From the IMG/VR virus record IMGVR_UViG_3300027956_000006: 32,380 bases of DNA. The stretch is one strand, 5' to 3'. Made by a program: the position numbers and the translations under genes. The notes beneath the pieces are model-generated. The model did no database searches and was not told the origin of the DNA. It saw only the letters and a program-made list of their open reading frames with translations. Below are positions 24,195 to 32,380 of the stretch, in pieces (position 1 is the first letter of the stretch; each line of letters opens with the position of its first letter). Origin of the DNA: a virus.

Positions 24195-27100
24195 TTATCC
24201 GTAATAACCTCTATTCTTATCTAAATTAAAACGTTCTTCAACCCCAGGTCTCTCGCTAAAATATGCAGATCTAGGCATAATATATCCTTCAAATCCACGT
24301 AATATACCTTCAAGATTTCTATTTACTATTTGTAACTCTTTATTAGTAATATTAATTTTTGATGCAATTTCTATTGTTTGAGTTTTTGTTTCTTCTGTAG
24401 TTTTAGAACGTGCTCCTTGTATAAAACCATAAACGCCACCAACAACACCACCAATAATAGTACCAATAGGGCCAAATGCTGATCCCGCAATAGCACCACT
24501 AGTGCCTAAACTCATACCCGTACCCCAAGGATTACCACTACCTTTTGCTTTATATGCGTTAGCCATTTCACTTGCAAATGATGCAATACTTAGAGCTGCC
24601 CCCCCTACTTGCCCAAAACTCATACCAGAACTTCCAGTTGCACTAGTAGCATTAACTCCACTAGACTTTACAGGAACTGCTGAAGTTATACCTTTTGCAT
24701 CTTTTATTAATGCATACTGACTACCAGTACTAGCTTGTGTCCCTTGTGTTTTATTACCACCAAAAAAATTCATAACAGTATCTAATATACCACCAGATGT
24801 ATTTTGTGTACTAGTATTTGTTGTTCCAGAAGTTAATGCGTTAACTTCTTGTGTGCCTTGTTGGATACCTTCAATATGTGCCTTTATAATCATTGGTACA
24901 GCATCTTTTATTCCAGTATAATGTGCTTTTTGTAAAGGAGACATAAAAGCTGTTGCCATATTTGAAAAAATACCTGTTTTTTCTTCAAACATCTGCATTA
25001 TATTCTCTGATAATGTCGATTTATAAGCATCCATTATACTGCTTAAATATTCGGTTGGATCTAGTTCACCATGGAAAATATCATTTAAATAATCAGCACT
25101 CGTTTGCTGTAATTCATCAGCCAACCCCTTTACTTCTGAAATCATTTGTTTATAAATTTCAAAACGAGTCTCTATTAATTCATTTATATATTCATTGGCT
25201 ACTTGTGAAGAAACATTATTTTCACGTGCAATTCTATATATTTCTGTGGTAGATTGTTCACGTGCTGCATATAATGCGTTAATAGCTGTTTCACGTTGTT
25301 GTACATCAACGATAGAAGCACCAACTTTTTCTAATGCGATCTTTCGTCTTTCTGCTAAAATTGTTTGAAGGGAAGCACCACTGGCTTCATACATTTGTAA
25401 TAATTGAGAATTTTCTTGTAAAGTTATATTAGCTAAATTTTTAGTTTCTTCCTGTAATGCTAATATTTTATCATTACGAATATCAATTAATTTATTTGCT
25501 ACTTCTAATGCATCCTTATCATCTTGTCGCGATAATCCATAAGCTTTAACAATACCTACAATAGTTTGTGCACTTTCTTCACGTGCATTATATAAATCAT
25601 TAATTAATTGTTCTTTTTTACCTTGCTCTCCGACCAATTCAGCTACTTCAGTAATAACATTTCTTGCTTTTTCTGAAGCTAAAGTAGTAGCGGTAACATT
25701 TTGACTTTCCAATAATTTAAGCCTGGCATTATGCTCTATTATTGATAATTGTTTACGCAATTCTGGAGTAATATTAGTTAACGCTGCATTGAACTTTTGC
25801 GTATTTTTTGTACTATTATCAATTTCATTTGAAATATTTTTTTGTCCTGTTAATGCTAAATATTGTTCTTTTGTAATAGGTATTTCTTTACCTGTAGCAA
25901 AATCTAACCTACTATACTTTTTAGGGGGTGAAGTTTCATTCTTGGTTTTTTTAACCATGTTTAAAGCTTCCCCTAATGGCTGATAAATATGTGTACTGAT
26001 CCACCCACCTAAATCATGCACAATCCATGTAATATCTTGCCAAAATTGTTTTGTTGCAATACCTAACCAATGTGCTTTATTAAATGCTCTTTCAGTATCT
26101 TGCGCCATACCTTCAATACTTTGCGTTGTTGCTGCAAGAGCTTCTTTACTTGATCTGATATAATCTAATACAATAGTTAATGAAGCACCTTTAAAAAGTT
26201 TGCCTAAAATATCCTTTTGCGCAGTAACGCTTAAATCTTTAACACTTTCTTTGATACGGTCTAATACTGCTCCAATAGTAATAACTTCATCAGAATTAAA
26301 GGTAATCCCAAAGACTTCAGCTAACTTTTGTGAACTTTCTGTTAATCCAGATAATGTTTGTAATAAAGCAGCTCCTGCTCTTCTACCACCAAGCATATGC
26401 TTATCGGCAAAAATTAACATTTGCACTAAATCATCTAAACTATCTACTGATTCAGCTGCTGTAGGGGCGATGAAACCCATAACTTGTTGATATTCACCAA
26501 CGCTAATATGTGCTTTTGTGAAAAGTGCAGCTAAGGAATCAGTGATACGAGCGAATCTTTCACTTTCAGTAGCAGCATTTTTAACTTTATTACCAAATAA
26601 TTCGTATGTTTCAATTAAGGCTTGCGCTACTGTATCCTCTCTTTCGCCGGTTAATACCATTAATGAACGCACATATTGAATTGTTTTTGCTGCAGATTCA
26701 GATTTTTGTCCTTCAAAAATAAGTGTTTTGTATGCGTTTGTTAATTGTTGAATAGAAATTGAAGAAAATTCAGCTGTTTTGTATATAGTATTACGTATTG
26801 TAGCATATGTTGTATCAAAAGAATGTGCGGTCTCTTGATTAACTACACGAGTTACTAAAAGTACTTCATTAACTTTTTTAATTGTTTGTACTAAGTTACC
26901 TAGTTGTTCAAGAATAAAATTTATGGAACCATATAATACTTTCCATCCAACAGCCCAAAGCGCTAACCTACCAAGATCTATCCCATGGAAAAAGTTATTT
27001 TGAGCAGCGCTTAATTTCTGGTAACGTTCTGTTAATTCTTGTTTACGTGCTGCTGCAGTAGCATCTAAAGTAATACCTTGTTGCTCTACTTTTAAATAAG

Positions 27101-27728
27101 AACTTAGTTCTGCAGTAGTACTAGCTAAACTAACACCCATTAAATCATTTTTAGATTTATAATAAGTTGTTGTTTCTGCAAGTTTTTTTAATTGTACATC
27201 TGCACCACCTTTTTGATTTAATTGATTATAGGCTAATAATAATTCTGTTTTTCGTGCCGCAGCTGTTGCGTCTAAAGTAATACCTTGTGCCTCAACTTTG
27301 AGATATGCACTTAATTCAGATTTAGTATTAGCTAAACTAATACCCATTAAATCATTTTTAGATTTATAAAAAGATGTTGTTGTCGCAAGTTTCTGTAATT
27401 GTGTCTCAGCATTTAAAGTATCTTCTGAAACAACTTTAAAAGCGTCAGACGCCCTTTTTGCGCCATCGGTAATATTTTTAGTAGCGTTCTGATCTATTTT
27501 AAAGTAAGACGATAGATTGTCTTTTGCAATAGATTGACCTAATTTAGAAAATTCAGATTTAACAGCTTTTGCAAATTTTTCTGTATCACTTAATTGTTTT
27601 TTCGCTCCTGGAGCAAGATCAAGGGCACTAGGTGCTTTAAATGTTTTTAATTCACGCTCAATTTGGGCCGTAGCTTTTTTAATTGATTCTAATGAAATTC
27701 CAACTGTTAGAAGGATATCTTCTGCCAT
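24195..27728 (-). CDS. tail tape measure protein
   Basis: 1177 aa, helical and Ala/Leu/Gln-rich; TMP core (GGRRAGAAL, LAEVFGIT); Gly-rich C-terminal GPIGTIIGGVVGG; follows the chaperone genes. Confidence 0.9.
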   Translation of the reverse strand: MAEDILLTVGISLESIKKATAQIERELKTFKAPSALDLAPGAKKQLSDTEKFAKAVKSEFSKLGQSIAKDNLSSYFKIDQNATKNITDGAKRASDAFKVVSEDTLNAETQLQKLATTTSFYKSKNDLMGISLANTKSELSAYLKVEAQGITLDATAAARKTELLLAYNQLNQKGGADVQLKKLAETTTYYKSKNDLMGVSLASTTAELSSYLKVEQQGITLDATAAARKQELTERYQKLSAAQNNFFHGIDLGRLALWAVGWKVLYGSINFILEQLGNLVQTIKKVNEVLLVTRVVNQETAHSFDTTYATIRNTIYKTAEFSSISIQQLTNAYKTLIFEGQKSESAAKTIQYVRSLMVLTGEREDTVAQALIETYELFGNKVKNAATESERFARITDSLAALFTKAHISVGEYQQVMGFIAPTAAESVDSLDDLVQMLIFADKHMLGGRRAGAALLQTLSGLTESSQKLAEVFGITFNSDEVITIGAVLDRIKESVKDLSVTAQKDILGKLFKGASLTIVLDYIRSSKEALAATTQSIEGMAQDTERAFNKAHWLGIATKQFWQDITWIVHDLGGWISTHIYQPLGEALNMVKKTKNETSPPKKYSRLDFATGKEIPITKEQYLALTGQKNISNEIDNSTKNTQKFNAALTNITPELRKQLSIIEHNARLKLLESQNVTATTLASEKARNVITEVAELVGEQGKKEQLINDLYNAREESAQTIVGIVKAYGLSRQDDKDALEVANKLIDIRNDKILALQEETKNLANITLQENSQLLQMYEASGASLQTILAERRKIALEKVGASIVDVQQRETAINALYAAREQSTTEIYRIARENNVSSQVANEYINELIETRFEIYKQMISEVKGLADELQQTSADYLNDIFHGELDPTEYLSSIMDAYKSTLSENIMQMFEEKTGIFSNMATAFMSPLQKAHYTGIKDAVPMIIKAHIEGIQQGTQEVNALTSGTTNTSTQNTSGGILDTVMNFFGGNKTQGTQASTGSQYALIKDAKGITSAVPVKSSGVNATSATGSSGMSFGQVGGAALSIASFASEMANAYKAKGSGNPWGTGMSLGTSGAIAGSAFGPIGTIIGGVVGGVYGFIQGARSKTTEETKTQTIEIASKINITNKELQIVNRNLEGILRGFEGYIMPRSAYFSERPGVEERFNLDKNRGYYG

Positions 27729-27738
27729 AGTATTATAT

Positions 27739-27817
27739 TATAATAGGGTGCAATACGAGAGAGCGCGTATGTGCACATTTAATCCTTAATTTTTGGACTC
27801 TGATTGCACCCATTATA
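27739..27817 (-). promoter_or_regulatory. structured intergenic element upstream of the tape measure gene
   Basis: GGGTGCAAT (27746-27754) pairs with ATTGCACCC (27803-27811), extendable by TATAAT across one bulge; internal palindrome ATGTGCACAT. Confidence 0.5.
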
Positions 27818-28169
27818 TATCTCTAATTAAATCTGTATAAAATTGATAAAATATTTCTAAATTATCAAAATCTGACCGCATCCAATCTGGGCCTAATTTT
27901 TGCCCAAAAGGGCGTAATTGGTCTTGATTATTTGTTTTATAATTTCTCGCCCATTGACACCATCTATTAAATAATGTTGGTGTATATAGTACATATTTAT
28001 AAGGATCTGATACTGTATCATAAAACGATAGTGCTTCTTCTGTTGAATCAAGATACATCCTAAATTGCACAATATTAAAAAAATCAGCTGGTAAATCATT
28101 TATATCTAGCTCGTTATAACAGGGGAGTCTGTTGAGCTTTTTTGCGACACCCCAGATTGCAAAAAATTT
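27813..28169 (-). CDS. tail assembly chaperone, frameshift-extension part (gpT-like)
   Basis: The -1 frame is open from the slippery site to the stop at 27813 (FFAIWGVAKKLNRLPC..VQFRMYLDS..) and includes ORF-track 27813..28070. Confidence 0.8.
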   Translation of the reverse strand, partial: KFFAIWGVAKKLNRLPCYNELDINDLPADFFNIVQFRMYLDSTEEALSFYDTVSDPYKYVLYTPTLFNRWCQWARNYKTNNQDQLRPFGQKLGPDWMRSDFDNLEIFYQFYTDLIRDI

Positions 28170-28834
28170 TGATCGTTAGCCGCTATTTCACGTGCATTTT
28201 TTTGTGTTTCTAATGCTCTAAAATTATTTAATTCTTCAATTAATTGATCAATAACACGACCATCTAATATTTTATCAATATCATTAATAGAATTAAATAT
28301 TTGTGTCCTCGTTTCTGGGTCTAAACACATATAAACAATACTTTGGTAATTTAATATACGTACAGATGCTAATAAAGCTTGTGATTCTACTGTAATATCA
28401 ATAAATTGCTGCTTTAGTTCATCCCTTGATTTTTTAGATAATTCATCCTTACGTATTTTTTTAAATTTATCTAGTTCATCATTAATTATTTTTTGTTTTT
28501 CCTCAACTGTTTTATTATCTAAGTTAGGCAATAAATCAACAATTTCATTACGTTGTGCTAATTCAAATGATATTATACCAGTAATGAAATCATCTGTGGT
28601 ATAAGGTTCGATTGCAAGAGCAAAAGAATGCGTCCTATTCTCCCGCTCTTGCAATCGAATACGTTCTTTTTCAAGATACGCATTATATTCTTCTAAAATA
28701 GCTAAACGTTGACCTTGTGTAATTTTTACAAGTAAAATTTCAACGTATCTATCAGAGTCATCATTAATACGTATCATTTTTTCTTTTTTATACAATGAAT
28801 AAATATCTATCTTTCTTTTACTATTTTCAGTCAT
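28106..28834 (-). CDS. tail assembly chaperone (gpG-like)
   Basis: Lies between the tail tube and tape measure genes; AAGGAGG RBS; slippery heptamer near its 3' end. Confidence 0.8.
   Translation of the reverse strand: MTENSKRKIDIYSLYKKEKMIRINDDSDRYVEILLVKITQGQRLAILEEYNAYLEKERIRLQERENRTHSFALAIEPYTTDDFITGIISFELAQRNEIVDLLPNLDNKTVEEKQKIINDELDKFKKIRKDELSKKSRDELKQQFIDITVESQALLASVRILNYQSIVYMCLDPETRTQIFNSINDIDKILDGRVIDQLIEELNNFRALETQKNAREIAANDQNFLQSGVSQKSSTDSPVITS
28160..28169 (-). other. programmed -1 ribosomal frameshift site
   Basis: In-frame CAA AAT TTT TTG provides X XXY YYZ heptamers A-AAT-TTT and T-TTT-TTG. Confidence 0.8.
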
Positions 28835-28859
28835 TCAATCCTCCTTATTTTAATTCAAC

Positions 28860-29660
28860 TTATACTGCCGATGTAAACATTCCAGAACCAGTTAAAGTTG
28901 GATATACACCTAATGTTTTATCATATAGATAATTAACATATGCGTAATTTGGACCAATATTCTTTAATGTTCCAACCAATGCTGATTGAGGTATGGTTAC
29001 TGTTTTATTTGCAGCTACCATAGAAGCAGTAATTGCTACTTCTTCTGTATTAAAAGTTGAAATATGTGTTCCAGAACGAGTTTCTTGAATAGCAACAACA
29101 CGCAATGCATATACCGATTCATCAGGTACTTGCAATGGTGTATATGCTAATGTTCCAACATAACCAGATGCTCCAGATGCTAACCTAATTTTACTACCCA
29201 TAATAGGTTGTGTAAACTCTTTGGCAGGTTCAGCATTACCAGCGAGTGAACGTGTTCCCTTAGCATTAGTATCACCAGTATTTAACCCAGGTACAGGTAG
29301 CCAGTTCTTAAAAATTACAGAACGGGTATACTGGGTATTTGCTGTATTGATTCTATTTGCCCAAACAGTTGTCTGGAAAATATTATTCCAGTTGTACTGT
29401 TTATTATTTGCATCGTCAGGGTCATCTTGTTGTAATACATCAAGAATAGTATTGTTAGAAACTTTATCATACACTTGTAATGTTACCGTAGCATTGTTTA
29501 CACTCACATCTAAGATAGGATCATCATCACCAAAGATGTGAATAACATCCTGTGTAGCATCAATTGCACCAGTTAATTCATTAGCACAATCAATGAAGTA
29601 TCCTTCAACAAATACTATCTCTTTTTTCCTTTTAACTAAATCAGATGCTAATACGCCCAT
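28860..29660 (-). CDS. major tail (tube) protein
   Basis: 266 aa, beta-rich, strong GGAGGTGA RBS, canonical position before the chaperone. Confidence 0.7.
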   Translation of the reverse strand: MGVLASDLVKRKKEIVFVEGYFIDCANELTGAIDATQDVIHIFGDDDPILDVSVNNATVTLQVYDKVSNNTILDVLQQDDPDDANNKQYNWNNIFQTTVWANRINTANTQYTRSVIFKNWLPVPGLNTGDTNAKGTRSLAGNAEPAKEFTQPIMGSKIRLASGASGYVGTLAYTPLQVPDESVYALRVVAIQETRSGTHISTFNTEEVAITASMVAANKTVTIPQSALVGTLKNIGPNYAYVNYLYDKTLGVYPTLTGSGMFTSAV

Positions 29661-29691
29661 ATTTTTCTCACCTCCATTCGTTTAATGATTT

Positions 29692-30240
29692 TTATCCAGT
29701 TTGTAATGACCGTACATAAACAATCTCAAAATCAATCATAAAACGGTATCTATCTGCCACTAATACACCCGTTGGGGGGATATTTCTACTTTTTACATTT
29801 AATACATCAACATCTGTTATTGGAGTTACAAAATCACTTATTATTGGTGGATTTGAAACATTATAAATATCAATATATTCTGTTTCTTCTAATAAAGTGC
29901 GTACATCATTACATAAAACATCACGCTGATATTTATTAATTTCTTCTGATTGTTCACCACCGCAGAAACCATATATATTAAATAAATAAGATATTTCATC
30001 ATATTGATCACGAAATGTAGTACTCTTTTTATTATTCACTGGTTGTTCTACAAGAGCAATTGTAGGTAATAACAATTCTTGTAATGAAGTTGGATAACCT
30101 AAAATAATATCTAATTGTGGATCATTAAAATGTTGTTTCAATGTTTGTGTTAATCCACTTTTAGTATATGTTTCATTATTTAAAAAATAATATAACGATT
30201 GTGTAATATTTGTTATATAATTTATAATTGTAATTGGCAT
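29692..30240 (-). CDS. putative tail terminator/completion protein
   Basis: Position before the tube gene; GYP..LPTIAL..FNIYGF..RD pattern of tail terminators. Confidence 0.6.
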   Translation of the reverse strand: MPITIINYITNITQSLYYFLNNETYTKSGLTQTLKQHFNDPQLDIILGYPTSLQELLLPTIALVEQPVNNKKSTTFRDQYDEISYLFNIYGFCGGEQSEEINKYQRDVLCNDVRTLLEETEYIDIYNVSNPPIISDFVTPITDVDVLNVKSRNIPPTGVLVADRYRFMIDFEIVYVRSLQTG

Positions 30241-30251
30241 TTATAACCTCA

Positions 30252-30917
30252 TTAGTATAAATTAACACTTTTAATTGCTTTTCGAGCATCAGCAATTAAT
30301 GTGTTCCTAAAGTAATAACCACCTGCTTGATACATGTTAAAGGGTTGGCCTCTGGGAATCCATGCCAAATGTTTTACTATTGATTCAACTTTTCTTGGCA
30401 AACCTTGAGTATCTTCATTAGCACCAAAAAGCGTTAAATAACCACCATCACGTGCAGTAATAGTTATAGGGCCAGAACCACCATATTCCCAAGTTTCAAG
30501 CAATTTTCCCCATGCTTCACCAGCTTCAGGATCATCTGAATGACGTAATTCAAGATTATTTGATTTTTGATTACCATGATACCAAGCAAACCCTATCAAT
30601 GGATTTATTTTTTTAGGATCACCTAATTCTACAAAAAGTTTATTCCTTAAAATTTTTACCATATATGATTCATTACGTATAGCTGTTCTAAGATCAATAA
30701 ATCTATCTTTAATAAAGTTATGTGTAGACCCTGGGTAACTAATTAATGCTGCTTCTTCTTCAATTGTTGGAGCAAAATCAGCGATTTTATCTTTTAATCT
30801 AGGTACATTATTTTCTAACATTGCAGATAATGTACTTTTTAAACGTTCTAATACAGTATCAAATTTCCTTCTACCTGAAGCACTTAATTGTGCTTTTTTA
30901 ATGACTAGATGGGCCAT
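30252..30917 (-). CDS. putative neck/tail-completion protein (HK97 gp10-like position)
   Basis: Likely start MAHLVIKK at 30917; FAP..LRTAI..WEYG pattern; synteny. Confidence 0.55.
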   Translation of the reverse strand: MAHLVIKKAQLSASGRRKFDTVLERLKSTLSAMLENNVPRLKDKIADFAPTIEEEAALISYPGSTHNFIKDRFIDLRTAIRNESYMVKILRNKLFVELGDPKKINPLIGFAWYHGNQKSNNLELRHSDDPEAGEAWGKLLETWEYGGSGPITITARDGGYLTLFGANEDTQGLPRKVESIVKHLAWIPRGQPFNMYQAGGYYFRNTLIADARKAIKSVNLY

Positions 30918-31206
30918 CTTGATTTTCTTTAAAAATTTGTTGTGTTTGTTTTTCTTTTTTAATAAAATCATCTTCAAAAGCAGTAATATCACCACCACTA
31001 CGTAGTGTAGCAACTAATACCCCAACATTAAATGATGCTTGAGAAACATCATTATGCACGCGTGCTTTTATTTTCTCTAACAAAGCTTTTTCTTGAATAC
31101 TTGATTGTCTCCCTAAAGCATCAATATAATCTAACAATGACCGTTTAGTTGCTGCCATTATAGAACGTACACCTTCTGACCATATATCATGTTTTTTTTC
31201 TGTCAT
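30898..31206 (-). CDS. hypothetical protein
   Basis: 102-aa ORF with AAGGAG RBS in the neck module. Confidence 0.7.
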   Translation of the reverse strand: MTEKKHDIWSEGVRSIMAATKRSLLDYIDALGRQSSIQEKALLEKIKARVHNDVSQASFNVGVLVATLRSGGDITAFEDDFIKKEKQTQQIFKENQDGPSSH

Positions 31207-31217
31207 TATACATCTCC

Positions 31218-31595
31218 TTATTGTAAACGTGTAGCATATAGCACAATTTCATTTGTGTCTTCACAATCAATCACCCGATTAACTCTGAATTTAATACTAT
31301 CATGTTCTATTTTAACATCCTTACTCTGTGCAGTTGAACGATGATCTCTGCTTGCAACAATAATAATATCGGAAGTTTTATAAAAACCACCAGCAGAATC
31401 TGTTTTACCAGAGTAAGGATTCCATAATATAGATCCTGAAAAAAATGAACTTGTTTCTGTCCATGTCTGCTTGCGGTAAGCATCAAGGGCTGAATAGCCA
31501 GCGCCAGTTGTAAGAGATAAAAATTTTAAACCATATATCCATTCATCTGCACGCACATCTCTTAGAATATGTTTTTGATAATTGTTTAGGGGCAT
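31218..31595 (-). CDS. putative head-closure / head-tail joining protein
   Basis: 125 aa, beta-rich, C-terminal KIEHDSIKFRVNRVID..VLYATR typical of stopper proteins; synteny. Confidence 0.6.
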   Translation of the reverse strand: MPLNNYQKHILRDVRADEWIYGLKFLSLTTGAGYSALDAYRKQTWTETSSFFSGSILWNPYSGKTDSAGGFYKTSDIIIVASRDHRSTAQSKDVKIEHDSIKFRVNRVIDCEDTNEIVLYATRLQ

Positions 31596-31607
31596 TATAG
31601 ACTCACT

Positions 31608-32114
31608 TTAATTAGTAGTTTCTATTGTTGTAATTCCAACACCTTCAATAGATTCAGTTGGCGCTCCTTTTAATTCTACACCACAACTATCTAATTCAGT
31701 TTCAACTAATCTACGACTACGTGTTACAAATATAGTTTCTACTTTTTGTTCTAACCTTTTAAGTTGCATATCCAACATTTCAGGTATTTGTGTTAAATCA
31801 GTACGACCAGCAGGGTTTGAATGCGAATATGCTGTGCGCGCAGATTTTTGTATCTCACCACGCGTTAAAACAATTGCTGCACATAAAACTAACAATTGTT
31901 GATCTTCTATACTGGGATCTGGTGAAAAATATGCAGTGTCACCAGAACCAACAACTGAATATTGAGTGTTAGGTGATTGGAGATTAAAATCTGCAAGTCC
32001 ATCATTAATTCCTGAGAATAATTGATTTGACGAATAATATAAATTTGTTGTATCAGTATCACCCATCTCTCTTGCCAATCTTGACATTAAATCTTTTTCA
32101 TATACAATAGACAT
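31608..32114 (-). CDS. putative head-tail adaptor/connector protein
   Basis: RLAREMGDTD..YSSNQL N-terminus resembles adaptor proteins; GGGGGTGA RBS; synteny. Confidence 0.6.
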   Translation of the reverse strand: MSIVYEKDLMSRLAREMGDTDTTNLYYSSNQLFSGINDGLADFNLQSPNTQYSVVGSGDTAYFSPDPSIEDQQLLVLCAAIVLTRGEIQKSARTAYSHSNPAGRTDLTQIPEMLDMQLKRLEQKVETIFVTRSRRLVETELDSCGVELKGAPTESIEGVGITTIETTN

Positions 32115-32127
32115 TGAATTTCACCCC

Positions 32128-32380
32128 CTAAGCATCTTGCATGCCTGATTGAATTAATCTCGTTTGTTCTGTTGCTGTTTTTAATCTCGTTTGTTCTGTT
32201 GCTGTTTTTAATCTTATAAAATATATTGTTTGGCTTGATGAACTACTTGAAACGCTCCTTGAGGAACTTAAACTACTAGAACTGCTTCTACTCGACGACG
32301 ATTGAGAGCTGGAGCTGCTACTGCGTGATGAACTCGATTCACTTGAGCTGGAGCTGCTTCTACTCGACGACGATTGAGAG
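32128..32380 (-). CDS. C-terminal fragment of a poly-serine protein (truncated by the window edge; not in ORF track)
   Basis: Frame from 32379 reads SQSSSSRSSSSSSESSSSRSSSSSSQSSSSRSSSSSLSSSRSVSSSSSSQTIYFIRLKTATEQTRLKTATEQTRLIQSGMQDA*, using all six Ser codons. Confidence 0.8.
   Translation of the reverse strand, partial: SQSSSSRSSSSSSESSSSRSSSSSSQSSSSRSSSSSLSSSRSVSSSSSSQTIYFIRLKTATEQTRLKTATEQTRLIQSGMQDA
32154..32214. repeat. 27-bp in-frame tandem repeat (about 2.3 copies) encoding RLKTATEQT
   Basis: TTAATCTCGTTTGTTCTGTTGCTGTTT at 32154 and 32181, plus TTAATCT. Confidence 0.9.

Noticed and set aside
27893-28099. 68-aa ORF after the chaperone
   Set aside because: It is in the same frame as gpG beyond its stop and overlaps the -1 frame ORF that is explained by the frameshift.
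30918-31013. N-terminal extension of ORF 30252..31013
   Set aside because: It overlaps the well-supported 30898..31206 gene; ATG at 30917 fits the operon packing better.
258-31972. Numerous 60-106-aa antisense or alternate-frame ORFs in the track (e.g. 610..849, 8388..8582, 24502..24720, 29221..29541)
   Set aside because: They lie within or opposite longer motif-supported genes and lack RBS or recognisable motifs.
28860-32127. Archaeal virus origin suggested by GGTGA-type SD motifs and CCA-less tRNAs
   Set aside because: The tRNA-Leu D arms look bacterial and a lipobox spanin-like gene points to a diderm bacterium. GGTGA SDs and CCA-less tRNAs also occur in bacteria, so the host remains undetermined.
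1-32380. Alternative genetic code / stop-codon reassignment
   Set aside because: Genes up to 5.2 kb are open in the standard code and tightly packed. TAA, TAG and TGA all occur as real stops, and no suppressor anticodon is found among the tRNAs.

Overview
An AT-rich segment of a tailed dsDNA phage or prophage, siphovirus-like because no sheath gene is present, with two convergent blocks. The + strand block (1-3703) holds small ORFs, seven CCA-less tRNAs (Gln, Arg x2, Leu x3, Met), a Pif1/RecD-like helicase and a Ser/Thr-phosphatase-like metallophosphoesterase. The - strand block (32380 to 3720) is a late operon. It begins with a truncated poly-serine protein, neck/head-tail genes, the tail tube, a tail chaperone with a -1 frameshift and the tape measure. 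It continues with an inserted two-gene cassette, a Dit-like protein, an unusually rich carbohydrate-active tail tip, a holin/spanin-like cassette with no recognisable endolysin, and a second metallophosphoesterase. Five signals stand out. (1) A perfect 22-bp inverted repeat brackets one gene plus its RBS. (2) A second copy of the Dit-like domain is fused at the C-terminus of a 1736-aa protein with three beta-helix modules. (3) A clan GH-A glycoside hydrolase with nested binding domains is coupled into the tail operon. (4) Three tRNAs carry a compensatory A19-U56 elbow pair. (5) Long stems precede three SD-less late genes. All product calls come from motif recognition and synteny by eye; no searches were run.
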